NCBI GenBank assembly: GCA_046594835.1
Contig: JBKJQZ010000069.1
Location: 1,212 to 65,211, forward strand
Direction: 5' to 3'
DNA: 64,000 nt
Source: Acidimicrobiales bacterium
Lineage (GTDB): Bacteria > Actinomycetota > Acidimicrobiia > Acidimicrobiales > JACCXE01
Part shown: in pieces, positions 37,385-47,128 of the stretch
Layout: every line of letters begins with the position of its first letter
Position numbering within the stretch: the first letter of the stretch is position 1
Position numbers and translations under genes: made by a program
The notes under the pieces: model-generated
Database searches by the model: none
What the model was told of the DNA's origin: nothing
What the model saw: the letters and a program-made list of their open reading frames with translations, nothing else

Positions 37385-37779
37385 GCGACAACGAAGCAGA
37401 CAACAAGCGCGCGCCGCGCACGGCTGCGGAATGGGTGACCTTCGCAGTGTCGCTCGTGGTGTTGTCGTTGCTCATCGGGGCAATGCTGGTGGAAGCCCAA
37501 CAAAGCGATGAGCCGCCGCGACCCGTCGCTCGAATCACGACGACCAAGCACATGGGCGATCAGTTCCAGGTGACGGTGAAAGTCGAGAACAAGGGCGACC
37601 TCGCCGCGGAAGCGGTGCAGGTCGTTGCCTCTCTCGAAATCGACGGCGAGACCACCGAAGGGGATCAGGTCGTGGACTTTCTCGCCGGCGATGACGAAGC
37701 CGAGCTTGTTTTCGTCTTCGGGGATGACCCCGACGACGGGAAGCTCACCGCTGAGGTGACCGGCTTTACCGTGCCCTAG
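37381..37779 (+). CDS. Single-TM protein resembling the TIGR02588 family (partner of TIGR02587)
   Basis: The GTG overlaps the upstream stop (GTGA). An N-terminal TM (WVTFAVSLVVLSLLIGAMLV) is followed by a beta-rich domain (FQVTVKVENKGDLAAEAVQVVASLEIDGE). Confidence 0.6.
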   Translation: MSDNEADNKRAPRTAAEWVTFAVSLVVLSLLIGAMLVEAQQSDEPPRPVARITTTKHMGDQFQVTVKVENKGDLAAEAVQVVASLEIDGETTEGDQVVDFLAGDDEAELVFVFGDDPDDGKLTAEVTGFTVP

Positions 37780-38306
37780 CTAAGGGGTCGGCGCATCGTT
37801 GCGTGATTCCGCGCGTTCTCGATGTAGTGGACGCTGCTCATCGCGAGGCCTGCCAACGCGTTCTCGTCGAGCTCGCGCACGACCTTCGCGGGCACGCCCG
37901 CTGCGAGTACACCCGGCGGAATCACTTGACCTTCCTTCACAAGCGCGCCTGCGGCGATCAGCGACTGCTCGCCGATCACGGCGCGATTGAGAACGGTCGC
38001 GTGGAGGCCGATGAGGCAGCCGTCGCCCAGGGTTGCGCCGTGGATCATCGCGGCGTGGCCGATGGTGACGCCTTTGCCGACCACGAGGGGGACGCCGGGG
38101 TCGGTGTGCATCACGGTGTTGTCCTGCACGTTGGAGCCTTCGCCGATGGTGATGGCCTCGAACTCGGAGCGGAGCACGCAGCCGTACCAAACGCTGGCGT
38201 TGGCCTTGAGCACGATGTTGCCGACGAGAGTTGCGTTCTCGGCGACCCACGCGGTCGGGTCGATCTGCGGGCTCAGATCGCCAAAGGTGTAGATGTGCGC
38301 GGCCAT
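37776..38306 (-). CDS. Gamma-carbonic-anhydrase-like hexapeptide-repeat protein (YrdA/PaaY type)
   Basis: IDPTAWVAENATLVGNIVLKANASVWYGCVLR...IGEGSNVQDNTVMHTD is the left-handed beta-helix pattern with the His ligand context. Confidence 0.85.
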   Translation of the reverse strand: MAAHIYTFGDLSPQIDPTAWVAENATLVGNIVLKANASVWYGCVLRSEFEAITIGEGSNVQDNTVMHTDPGVPLVVGKGVTIGHAAMIHGATLGDGCLIGLHATVLNRAVIGEQSLIAAGALVKEGQVIPPGVLAAGVPAKVVRELDENALAGLAMSSVHYIENARNHATMRRPLS

Positions 38307-38325
38307 CGCCGCAGGCTACGAGAAC

Positions 38326-38340
38326 GCGGCATGATGCCGC
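38326..38340. promoter_or_regulatory. Perfect 15-bp palindrome GCGGCAT-G-ATGCCGC in a 35-bp divergent intergenic region
   Basis: Read directly. It ends 1 nt before the amidohydrolase ATG (38342) and lies 20 nt from the gamma-CA-like start (38306). Confidence 0.3.
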
Positions 38341-38341
38341 G

Positions 38342-39538
38342 ATGCCCACGTTGCTCGAAGAGGCCCAGTCGCTCCAGGAGCGCACGATCGCGCTGCGCCG
38401 TCAACTGCACCAGCATCCCGAGCTCGCGCTCGAGCTGCCTTGGACGCAGCAACGCGTCGCGGACGAACTCGCCGATCTGCCGATCGCGCTGAACCAAGGC
38501 GCGGGCTGCACGTCGCTGATCGGTGTGCTCGAAGGCGCCGAACCCGGGCCGACGGTGTTGCTGCGCGGTGACATGGACGCGCTACCCATGCCCGAAGACA
38601 CCGATGTCGAGTTCAAATCGGCGATCGACGGTGTGATGCACGCGTGCGGCCACGACGCGCACACCGCGATGCTTGCGAGCGCGGCACGCGTGCTGAGTGA
38701 CCGGCGCGGTGAACTACGCGGCCGGGTGTTGTTCATGTTCCAACCCGGCGAAGAGGGTGGCTTCGGCGCCAGGGTGATGCTGGAGAACGGTCTGTTCGAC
38801 GTGATCGGCCGGCCCGACGCCGCGTTCGCGCTGCACCAGTCGCCCACGATCCCCAACGGGATGATCGCGCTGAAGCCGGGCGCCACGATGGCCTCGACCA
38901 ACAACTTCGTTATTCGGGTCGTCGGTAAGGGCGGGCACGCATCGATGCCGCACCTGGCCGTCGATCCGATCCCTCCTGCGTGCGAGATCGTCACCGCGAT
39001 CCAGTCCTACGTGACGCGCCGCGTCGACGCGTTCGATCCGGCGGTGGTGACCGTGGCCAAGATCCGCGCCGGCACCACGATCAATGTGGTGCCTGAAGAC
39101 GCGTTGCTGATCGGCACGATCCGCACCGTGTCGGCGCGCACGCGGGCGATGGTGGTCCAGGGCGTCGAGGAGTTGGCGAAGGGGATTGCGTCCGCGCACG
39201 GTTGCGTGGCTGAGGTGGAGATGACCGAGGGCTATCCCGTCACCGTCAACGACGACACGATGGCGGGCTACATGCGCGGTGTGGCAACCGACCTGATCGG
39301 CAGCGACCTCGTGCGGGTGATGCAGGCGCCGGTGATGGGCGCCGAAGACTTCTCCTACGTGCTCAACGAGGTGCCCGGCGCAATGGCCTTCCTCGGCACC
39401 ATGCCCGTAGACCACAGCGGGTTCGTCGCTCCGAACCACTCCAACCGTATGGTGCTCAACGAGGACGGCATGGTCACAGGCGTGGCGGTCTACGCCGCCG
39501 CGGCGTTGCAGTTCGCGTCGAGCGTTGCCGAGGGGTGA
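38342..39538 (+). CDS. M20-family amidohydrolase (N-acyl-L-amino-acid amidohydrolase / HipO-like)
   Basis: LRRQLHQHPELA, LLRGDMDALP, MHACGHDAH, FQPGEEGG and the C-terminal HSNRMVLNED are typical of the M20D subfamily. Confidence 0.85.
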   Translation: MPTLLEEAQSLQERTIALRRQLHQHPELALELPWTQQRVADELADLPIALNQGAGCTSLIGVLEGAEPGPTVLLRGDMDALPMPEDTDVEFKSAIDGVMHACGHDAHTAMLASAARVLSDRRGELRGRVLFMFQPGEEGGFGARVMLENGLFDVIGRPDAAFALHQSPTIPNGMIALKPGATMASTNNFVIRVVGKGGHASMPHLAVDPIPPACEIVTAIQSYVTRRVDAFDPAVVTVAKIRAGTTINVVPEDALLIGTIRTVSARTRAMVVQGVEELAKGIASAHGCVAEVEMTEGYPVTVNDDTMAGYMRGVATDLIGSDLVRVMQAPVMGAEDFSYVLNEVPGAMAFLGTMPVDHSGFVAPNHSNRMVLNEDGMVTGVAVYAAAALQFASSVAEG

Positions 39539-40299
39539 GCAAGACCACAACGAAGGTCGCGCTCTTTCCGACCTGCGTCGTTGACGCCACCGCGCCGGAG
39601 GTCGGCTTCGCGACGGCGCGTGTGTTGACGCGGAGCGGCTGTGATGTGTCGCTCGCGGAACGCACCACGTGTTGTGGGCAGCCGGCGTGGAACTCGGGCT
39701 TCACCCAGCCGGCAGCGATGGTGGCTCGCACGACGCTCGCCGGTATCGAGGAGGCACTGCGCGACAACGACGTCGTCGTCGTGCCGGCCGGGAGTTGCGC
39801 CACGATGATCAAGGTCTTCTGGCCCGAACTCTTCGAGATCGAACGCGACGCCGACTGCGCGAACCGTGCCCGCGCCGTCGCCGACCGCGTCGTCGAACTC
39901 AGCGCCTACCTCGCTTCTGCGCGGGAAAATGATCCAGGGCGGACGGAACTGCCGCACAGAAGTGATGGCGGCGGCGTGCGGTACCACCCGTCGTGTCACA
40001 TGCTGCGGGAGCTGGGGCTGAAGGACGAGCCGTGCGACGCGTTGACGGGCGCGGGCTACGACGTGACGCGCGGGGTGGAACGGTGCTGCGGCTTCGGTGG
40101 GTTGTTCAGCGTGAAGCTGCCCGAGACGTCGATCGCCATGGCCGATGAGGTGCTTGACGCCGCACTTGGCGATGGCGCGGCCGAGATCGTTTCCGCCGAC
40201 TCGTCGTGCCTCATGCAGTTGCGCACGCGGGCCGAAGCGCGTGGGCTGAACATGCGCTTCCGGCACCTCGCGGTGGCGCTCGACGACGCGGGCGCATGA
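39535..40299 (+). CDS. lutA: (Fe-S)-binding CCG-domain oxidoreductase LutA
   Basis: VALFPTCVVDATAPEVG...TCCGQPAWNSGF and a second CCG motif CCGFGGLFSV are present. It is first in an overlapping three-gene lut operon. Confidence 0.88.
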   Translation: MSKTTTKVALFPTCVVDATAPEVGFATARVLTRSGCDVSLAERTTCCGQPAWNSGFTQPAAMVARTTLAGIEEALRDNDVVVVPAGSCATMIKVFWPELFEIERDADCANRARAVADRVVELSAYLASARENDPGRTELPHRSDGGGVRYHPSCHMLRELGLKDEPCDALTGAGYDVTRGVERCCGFGGLFSVKLPETSIAMADEVLDAALGDGAAEIVSADSSCLMQLRTRAEARGLNMRFRHLAVALDDAGA

Positions 40300-41702
40300 C
40301 CACGCAACCGATCGCTCTGACGCCGCGGCTGCGCGACCGCACCGTCAACGCGGTCATCGACGACCGCCTCGGACGGGCGCTGGCCAACGCTGCGGACACG
40401 TTCGACGAACGCCGCGAGATCGCGTTTGCGGCGATGGCCGATCCCACGGCGACCAAGACCCTGGCGCGCTCGATCCGCGCCGACGTGCTCAGTCGACTCC
40501 CAACACTGCTCGAGGAGTTCGCCGACAAGGTGCTCGCGGCGGGCGGCCACGTCTGGTGGGCGCGCACGGCCGAAGACGCGCGCGCCTACGTCCAGGAGAT
40601 CGCGAAGCACCGCGGCGCAACGAAGATCGTCAAGGGCAAGTCCATGCTCTCGGAGGAGATCGAACTCAACGCCGCGCTCGAGGGCGACGGCATCGAGGTA
40701 ACCGAGACCGACCTTGGCGAGTGGATCATCCAGGTCGCTAACGAGACGCCCAGCCACATCATCGTTCCGGCCATCCACCGCGACCGCGGCCAGATCCGCG
40801 ACGCGCTCCAACGCGTCGCGACCGGCGACCTCACCGACGTGCCCGAGGACCTCGCCGCGTTCGCGCGCGACAAACTGCGCGCCAAGTTCCTCGACGCCGA
40901 CATCGGCATCACGGGCGTGAACTTCGGCGTGGCGTCGACCGGTTCGATGGTGTTGGTCACCAACGAAGGCAACGGACGCCTCACCTCGAGCGTGCCACCG
41001 GTGCACATCGCGTTGATGGGCATGGAACGCGTGGTGGCCGATTGGGATCAGCTCGACGTGCTGCTGTCGCTGCTCCCGCGTTCGGCGACCGGTCAAGCCG
41101 TGACCACCTACGTGTCCGCCATCACCGGGCCGCGCCACGACGGTGAACGCGACGGGCCCGACGAGTTCCACGTGGTCATCGTCGACAACGGCCGCAGCCA
41201 GGTGGCCGGTTCCGAGTTTGCCGAGATGCTCAGCTGTATCCGTTGTGGCGCGTGCCTCAACGTGTGCCCCGTGTACCGCCAGGTCGGCGGTCATGCGTAC
41301 GGGTGGGTGTACTCAGGGCCGATGGGCGCAGTCCTCACGCCGCTGTTCGCGCAGGAGGAGCACGCGACGGCGAACGAACTCGCCAACGCGTCGAGCCTCT
41401 GCGGAGCGTGCTGGGAGGTGTGCCCGGTCGGCATCCCGCTGCAGGACCTTCTGCTTGCGCAACGTCGTCGCAACGCGGAGGACGCCCGCCCAAGCGAGCA
41501 GGCCGCGTGGGCGGCGTGGGCCCAAACGTGGTCGCGCACCGGCACTTACTGGATGAGTCTGCGCGCCGGATCGGCCGCGCATCGCCTGCTCGGCCCGCGC
41601 CTGGCGCGTCTTCCCGGTGCGAAGAACTGGGCGACGGGTCGCACGCTGCCGGTCCCGGCCAAGGTGTCGTTTCGCGACGCGTGGCAACGAGGCGAACGGT
41701 GA
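40296..41702 (+). CDS. lutB: LutB/LldF iron-sulfur L-lactate oxidation protein
   Basis: ATGA overlap with lutA. It has a LUD domain plus two 4Fe-4S motifs, CIRCGACLNVCP and CGACWEVCP. Confidence 0.9.
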   Translation: MTTQPIALTPRLRDRTVNAVIDDRLGRALANAADTFDERREIAFAAMADPTATKTLARSIRADVLSRLPTLLEEFADKVLAAGGHVWWARTAEDARAYVQEIAKHRGATKIVKGKSMLSEEIELNAALEGDGIEVTETDLGEWIIQVANETPSHIIVPAIHRDRGQIRDALQRVATGDLTDVPEDLAAFARDKLRAKFLDADIGITGVNFGVASTGSMVLVTNEGNGRLTSSVPPVHIALMGMERVVADWDQLDVLLSLLPRSATGQAVTTYVSAITGPRHDGERDGPDEFHVVIVDNGRSQVAGSEFAEMLSCIRCGACLNVCPVYRQVGGHAYGWVYSGPMGAVLTPLFAQEEHATANELANASSLCGACWEVCPVGIPLQDLLLAQRRRNAEDARPSEQAAWAAWAQTWSRTGTYWMSLRAGSAAHRLLGPRLARLPGAKNWATGRTLPVPAKVSFRDAWQRGER

Positions 41703-42448
41703 CGCTGCACGCACGCGAGCACGGCAGCCGGGCCGACTTCCTCGCGTCGCTGCGGCGTGCCGTCGCCGTACCGCACGCGCACGAGACCCGACCGGTTTCG
41801 CCACTGCCGAGCCCGCTGCCACCAGTCACCTACGTCGCCACCGTCGAGGACGATCTCGTTGGCGCGTTCGCTGCGGGCCTGACCGCGCTCGGTGGCGTAG
41901 TCAGAGTCGTCGATTCCGTCGAAGCGCGCGCTCAGCTGGTTGGCGAGGCAATCGCTCTGGCCCGTCCGAAGGACGGGCGGCCCCTGCGGGTGGTACTCAG
42001 CGCCGAGCCCGAGTGTGCGGCGATCGCCGCCCTCCTGGCCGAGCGCGACGACGTCGATATCCTCGATTACGACAACCCTGCGACCGTCGCGACCGCCGAT
42101 CTCGGCATCACCGGCGCTCGCGCCGCGGTGGCCCTCACTGGCTCGATCGTGGTCGACTCCACCCGGGCCGGCGGCCGCACCGTGTCGCTCCTGCCGCCGG
42201 TCCACCTCGCCCTTGTGGAGCTGGACGCGATCGTCGCAAACCCGGGTGATTTGTGGCGCTCCATGGCAGAACCGATGAGCGCAAACGTGGTGCAGATCAC
42301 CGGACCCAGCCGCTCCGCCGACATCGAACTGATCATCACGCTGGGCGTCCATGGCCCGCGTGCGCTCGTGGTGGGCGTTTTGCGCGAGTTCCCTGAGGGC
42401 CAATCCGAGGACGGGCCCGAAGCTCCGAGCAAGAAAGCTGAGCCTTGA
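41699..42448 (+). CDS. lutC: LutC / LUD-domain protein
   Basis: GTGA overlap with lutB. ADLGITGARAAVALTGSIVV...SLLPPVHLALV is the LUD pattern. Confidence 0.8.
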   Translation: MTLHAREHGSRADFLASLRRAVAVPHAHETRPVSPLPSPLPPVTYVATVEDDLVGAFAAGLTALGGVVRVVDSVEARAQLVGEAIALARPKDGRPLRVVLSAEPECAAIAALLAERDDVDILDYDNPATVATADLGITGARAAVALTGSIVVDSTRAGGRTVSLLPPVHLALVELDAIVANPGDLWRSMAEPMSANVVQITGPSRSADIELIITLGVHGPRALVVGVLREFPEGQSEDGPEAPSKKAEP

Positions 42449-42507
42449 GCGTTACCCTTCGTTGGGGCACACCGCAGCGCAGTTCACAGAAGTACCGAAG
42501 GAGCACC

Positions 42508-44352
42508 GTGCGAAAGATCCTGGCCGTCCTTGTGACGGGTCTCACTCTCTTGGCTGTCGACCTCGTGTGGGCGCAATCTGCCCACGCCGCGGAACTCGTG
42601 CAGCCCACCACGCAAGGTGAGGCGATCATCGGCTTTCAGCGCGGCTTCCTCCCGGTGGTGGCGGTTGATCAGTTGCTCGGCAACGTATTGCCGGTTACTC
42701 GCGTGTCGACCAAGGGCTCGTTCCTGACGGTCCGCGCGCCCGACCTTGCGATCGTCAAGCAGGTAATCGCCGCGATGCCCGGTGTCTCCTACGTTGAGGA
42801 CAACGCGGCGTTGCACACGTTGGCGACGCCGAACGACGCCCGTTACGGGTCCCAGTACGGGCCCGCAATGATGGGCTTTCCTGCGGCGTGGGACTCGAGC
42901 GCGGGCTACGGCTCCGCGAACGTCACTGTCGCGCTGATCGACTCGGGCATCCTGCGGACCCACGAAGATTTCGTCGGTGGTCGCGTGCTGCAGGGCCACG
43001 ACTACGTGAGCAACGACGCCGATCCCGACGACAGCTGCGGCCACGGCACGCACACGTCGGGCATTGTTGGCGCGAGTACGAACAACACGGTCGGTGTGGC
43101 CGGGATGAGCCAGGCCAAGATCCTGCCGCTCAAGGCACTTGCCAAGTCCACGAGTCTGTTGTCGAGCGGCTGCTCGGGCAGCACCGCCGGTATTGCCCAG
43201 GCGATCATGGACGCGGCCGATCAGGGCGCACGCGTGATCTCGATGAGCATCGGTGGTGGCTCGTCCTCGTCGATGGCTAACGCGGTCAACTACGCGGCTG
43301 GCAAGGGCGTGATTCTCGTGGCCGCGGCCGGCAACGACGGCGGCGCGAACAGCATCGATTATCCGGGCGCGTATCCGAACGTGATTGCGGTCGGTGCGCT
43401 CGACTCCAACAAGGCTCGTGCGTCGTACTCCGACGGCGGCCCGCAGCTCGACATCATGGCGCCGGGCTCTGGGGTTATCTCCACCTATACCGGTAGCAAC
43501 AACACCACTTACGCGAGCCTGAGCGGTACGTCGATGGCGACGCCGCACGTGGCGGGCGCCATTGCCCTAGCGCTCAGCTGCGCACCGACTGCGACGGCGT
43601 CGCAGGTGACCAACGCGCTGTTCTCCACCGCCGACGACCTCGGCGCCGCCGGCTACGACCAGGCGTACGGCAACGGCCTCGCTCGCGCCGACAAGCTCGT
43701 CGCCGCGCTGTGCCCGAGTGGCCCGCCGCCCCCCAACCAGGCGCCGACCGCCGCCTTCACGGCAACGGCCGCAGGCTCCAACGGCGTCGCGGTGAACGGT
43801 TCGACCTCGTCGGACCCTGACAACGATCCGCTTACCTACAGCTGGAGCTTTGGCGACGGCGGCACTGCGACCGGTGCGACCGCGACCCACACCTACGCGG
43901 CGGCCGGGGCCAAGACGATCTCGCTCACGGTGAGCGATGGGCGTGGTGGCTCCAACACGTCGTCGCAAAGCTTCACTGCGGTCGAGATCACCGACCCCGA
44001 CCCGTCAACCCCGACGGTGAAGAGCGGGCAAGTCACCTCGCTCGCGATCGGCTCGACGACGCCCGAACGATTCGTGAAGATTCTCGTACCGTCGGGCACG
44101 ACCCAGATCAAGGCCGTCACCACCGGTCCGGCCTGCGGCTTCTTCTCCTGCTCGCTCGACGCCGATCTCTACACGCGTTCGAACGTAAAGCCGACCGACT
44201 CGCTGTACAACTGCCGGTCCCAAGCGCGTGGCAACGCTGAGAACTGCACCACCGCGAACCCGTACCCGAGCTACTGGTATATCCGGGTCAAGCGGTACTC
44301 CGGTACCGGCACCATCAGTCTGACCGTGACCCTTGCCCCGGTGCCGACCTGA
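42508..44352 (+). CDS. Secreted S8 (subtilisin-family) serine peptidase with PKD domain and C-terminal pre-peptidase (PPC)-like domain
   Basis: GAAGGAG lies upstream of the GTG at 42508. Signal peptide VRKILAVLVTGLTLLAVDLVWAQSAHA. The D/H/S triad is VALIDSGI, GHGTHTSG and SGTSMATPHVAG. The PKD signature is DPDNDPLTYSWSFGDG. Confidence 0.88.
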   Translation: MRKILAVLVTGLTLLAVDLVWAQSAHAAELVQPTTQGEAIIGFQRGFLPVVAVDQLLGNVLPVTRVSTKGSFLTVRAPDLAIVKQVIAAMPGVSYVEDNAALHTLATPNDARYGSQYGPAMMGFPAAWDSSAGYGSANVTVALIDSGILRTHEDFVGGRVLQGHDYVSNDADPDDSCGHGTHTSGIVGASTNNTVGVAGMSQAKILPLKALAKSTSLLSSGCSGSTAGIAQAIMDAADQGARVISMSIGGGSSSSMANAVNYAAGKGVILVAAAGNDGGANSIDYPGAYPNVIAVGALDSNKARASYSDGGPQLDIMAPGSGVISTYTGSNNTTYASLSGTSMATPHVAGAIALALSCAPTATASQVTNALFSTADDLGAAGYDQAYGNGLARADKLVAALCPSGPPPPNQAPTAAFTATAAGSNGVAVNGSTSSDPDNDPLTYSWSFGDGGTATGATATHTYAAAGAKTISLTVSDGRGGSNTSSQSFTAVEITDPDPSTPTVKSGQVTSLAIGSTTPERFVKILVPSGTTQIKAVTTGPACGFFSCSLDADLYTRSNVKPTDSLYNCRSQARGNAENCTTANPYPSYWYIRVKRYSGTGTISLTVTLAPVPT

Positions 44353-44363
44353 GCGATTTCAAC

Positions 44364-45440
44364 GTGACCGAGATGCTCGAGCAACTCGAGCATCTCGTCA
44401 CAACCGAGTCACCGTCGTCTGACCGCGACGCGTGTGCCCGCTGTGCCGACGCGGTGACCGAACTCGCCGCCCCGGTGCTTGGCGCGCCGGAGCGCATCGA
44501 GATCGACGGCGTGACGCACCTGCGTTGGCAGTTCGGCGCGCCTACCCGCGTCGTGTTGATCGGCCACTTCGACACGGTGTGGCCGATAGGCACCATCAAC
44601 GATCTTCCGTTCTCGATCGCCGACGGCTTGGCGTGGGGCCCCGGCTGCTTCGACATGAAGGCGGGCATTGTGCAGGCCGTGCACGCGCTCGGCTCGCTGC
44701 CAGCGCTCGAGGGGGTGACGCTGTTGCTTACGAGCGACGAGGAGACGGGCTCGCAGAGTTCGCGTGGCTTGGTGGAGTACACGGCGCGTGGCGCGCAGGC
44801 GGCGTTGGTACTTGAGCCCTCGGTCGACGGCGCGGTGAAGATCGCGCGCAAGGGCGTGGGCATGTACCGCCTCGAAGTGCAGGGGCGATCCGCCCATGCC
44901 GGCCTCGAGCCCGAGAACGGCGCCAACGCGTTACTCGCGCTGGCTGCTGCGCTCGGGCAGGTGGCGGTGCTCGGCGATGCGTCGGTGGGCACAACGGTCA
45001 CGCCTACCACTGCGCAGGCCGGCACGGCCCGAAACGTCGTCCCCGACACGGCGGTGTGCGAGATCGACGTGCGCGCAGAGTCGATCTCGGAAATGGGACG
45101 CGTCGACGTAGGGCTGCGCAACCTTGTACCGAGCGTCGCCGACACGTCGTTCAACTTCGTCGGCGGCATCAACCGTCCGCCGATGGAGGCGTCGGCCTCG
45201 GCCGAGCTCTTTGCGCGTGCCCAGAAGGTCGCGGCGAACCTCGGCCTAGGTGAACTACGCGGTCAGGCCGTTGGCGGCGGCAGCGACGGCAACTTCACCG
45301 CGGGCATGGGCATCCCAACACTCGACGGCTTGGGTGCGGTGGGCGACGGCGCGCACGCGCGTCATGAACACGTGGTGATTGCTGAAATTCCCAAGCGCAC
45401 GGCCTTGTTGGCCGCGCTCGTCGCCGACCTACTTAGGTAA
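44364..45440 (+). CDS. M20/M25/M40 metallopeptidase (carboxypeptidase G2-like)
   Basis: LIGHFDTVWP, LTSDEETGS, RKGVGMYRLEVQGRSAHAG and GGGSDGNF are present. Confidence 0.82.
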   Translation: MTEMLEQLEHLVTTESPSSDRDACARCADAVTELAAPVLGAPERIEIDGVTHLRWQFGAPTRVVLIGHFDTVWPIGTINDLPFSIADGLAWGPGCFDMKAGIVQAVHALGSLPALEGVTLLLTSDEETGSQSSRGLVEYTARGAQAALVLEPSVDGAVKIARKGVGMYRLEVQGRSAHAGLEPENGANALLALAAALGQVAVLGDASVGTTVTPTTAQAGTARNVVPDTAVCEIDVRAESISEMGRVDVGLRNLVPSVADTSFNFVGGINRPPMEASASAELFARAQKVAANLGLGELRGQAVGGGSDGNFTAGMGIPTLDGLGAVGDGAHARHEHVVIAEIPKRTALLAALVADLLR

Positions 45441-46311
45441 GTTCGTCGGCGAAGATCGGCGTTACGGCGGGAACGACGCCCGACGCCATCACGGCTTGGG
45501 CCACCGGTAATGCGGCTTCGGCGATCGCGGCTGCGGCGTCGACACCGATCGCGAGAACCGGGAAGCTCGCGAGCTCGTCGGTGCGCCGCTCGATGTTTGC
45601 GAGACCACCGCGGCCCTTGTCGTTGGCTTGGCCCTCGACGCCGAGCCACCCGCGCGATGCGAGCGATGCGACCGCGGTGTCCCAGTCGTCGTCAGACCAC
45701 TGGCGTGAGGTTTGCAGCACCTCACGCGGCACGTTCGCGTACACCGACTGCAACACCAATGACTCGCACGGCGAGACGCCGGCGTCGACCAGCGCGGCGA
45801 TGTGGCCGTCGCCGCGGTGTTCACGAATCAGCGTCGCGGCCCACCACGCTTGGAGCGCCGGGCCTTCTTCGGGCCACGGCAGTTCGGCGTGCGCGGCGAA
45901 CAAGGGGCGACCGCCGAGTTCGAGGCACGCGGCGTCGGCCATGGTGCGAGCAAGAGGTGCGAGCGTGGCGAGGAGTTCGAGGTCGAGTGGCACCGCGCTC
46001 ATGAGCGCATTGACCATGCCGTCGATGCGCGCGTGCGTCAACGCAGCGGGCGTCGTGATCTTCCAGCAGGCGGGCACCGCACGCGCGACGCGACGGGGAT
46101 GAAAGTTGTAGAAGGTTGCGGTGACGAGGTTCGCCCCGACTGCACCCATCGGTGCGGCGCGTCCGGCGAAATAGCCCATCCAGAAGCCCTTCATGCCGAC
46201 GGCTTCGAACGCGACCTGACTTTCCTTGGCGAAGTACGTGATCGCGTGGAACGGCTCGAGGCGTCGCCAGATGTGGCGGGCCAGCAGTGCAACCTCACCC
46301 TCGGCCTCCAT
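45433..46311 (-). CDS. Conserved hypothetical helical protein (possibly SCO6745-like; family uncertain)
   Basis: LEPFHAITYFAKESQVAFEAVGMKGFWMGYFAGRAAPMG. The ATG at 46311 follows the SDR stop by 1 nt. It is last in a tightly coupled four-gene minus-strand operon. Confidence 0.6.
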   Translation of the reverse strand: MEAEGEVALLARHIWRRLEPFHAITYFAKESQVAFEAVGMKGFWMGYFAGRAAPMGAVGANLVTATFYNFHPRRVARAVPACWKITTPAALTHARIDGMVNALMSAVPLDLELLATLAPLARTMADAACLELGGRPLFAAHAELPWPEEGPALQAWWAATLIREHRGDGHIAALVDAGVSPCESLVLQSVYANVPREVLQTSRQWSDDDWDTAVASLASRGWLGVEGQANDKGRGGLANIERRTDELASFPVLAIGVDAAAAIAEAALPVAQAVMASGVVPAVTPIFADELT

Positions 46312-46312
46312 G

Positions 46313-47128
46313 TCAGCCCCCGAGCAACATCGCGCGCACACCGTCGGCGCCGATCGACTGCTCCATCACACTGTGCATGTCGGGGCCGCGACGAAGCGTG
46401 TGGCCGCCGTCGACGGAAAGGATCTGACCGGTCGTCCACGAGGACTCGGGGCCCGCGAGGTAGCGGACTGCCTCGGCGATGTCCGCGGGCGTGCCGTTGC
46501 GACCGAGGGGCATCTGGTCGATGTAGTCGGCCTGGATGTATTCGTTGGTGGTGAGCATCGTCGAGAGGTCCGTAGGTACGAGGCCGGGACGAATCGCGTT
46601 CACGCGCACGTTCACCATGCCGAGCTCGTCGGCGGTGTTTTTCACCAACATCTCCACCGCGGCCTTGGACACGCAATACGGGCCCATGTAGCGGTGCGTG
46701 AGCGCGCCGGCGATCGACGAAATCGCGACCATGGCGCCGCCTCCGCTCTTCGCGATCGCGGCACCCGCGTGCTTGAAGGTGAGGAAGACGCCGGTGAGGT
46801 TTGTTGCGAGCACTGCGTTCCACGCCTCGAGCTCGGTGGTGGTGATCGGACCGAACGAACCACTGCCCGCGTTGGCGACCGTAATATGGAGGCCGTTGCC
46901 CTCCGCCGCGTGCCCAACCGCGGCGCGCACTGAATCCTCGTCGCGTACGTCGCACGTGATGTAGCGCGCGTTGCCCGGCAGCGTCTCGGCCGCGAGCTTC
47001 AGTTTGTCTTCGGTGCGTCCGCAGATCGTGACGACGCAACCATCTGCTGCGAGTCGGTGCGCGGCGGCAAGGCCGAGGCCCGAGCCCCCGCCGGTTACCA
47101 GTGCCTGCATGCCATCGAGTGCGCCCAT
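46313..47128 (-). CDS. SDR-family oxidoreductase
   Basis: The cofactor motif is TGGGSGLG. NAG is present, and the catalytic YxxxK is YCVSKAA. The ATG overlaps the DUF2207 stop (TAATG). Confidence 0.88.
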   Translation of the reverse strand: MGALDGMQALVTGGGSGLGLAAAHRLAADGCVVTICGRTEDKLKLAAETLPGNARYITCDVRDEDSVRAAVGHAAEGNGLHITVANAGSGSFGPITTTELEAWNAVLATNLTGVFLTFKHAGAAIAKSGGGAMVAISSIAGALTHRYMGPYCVSKAAVEMLVKNTADELGMVNVRVNAIRPGLVPTDLSTMLTTNEYIQADYIDQMPLGRNGTPADIAEAVRYLAGPESSWTTGQILSVDGGHTLRRGPDMHSVMEQSIGADGVRAMLLGG

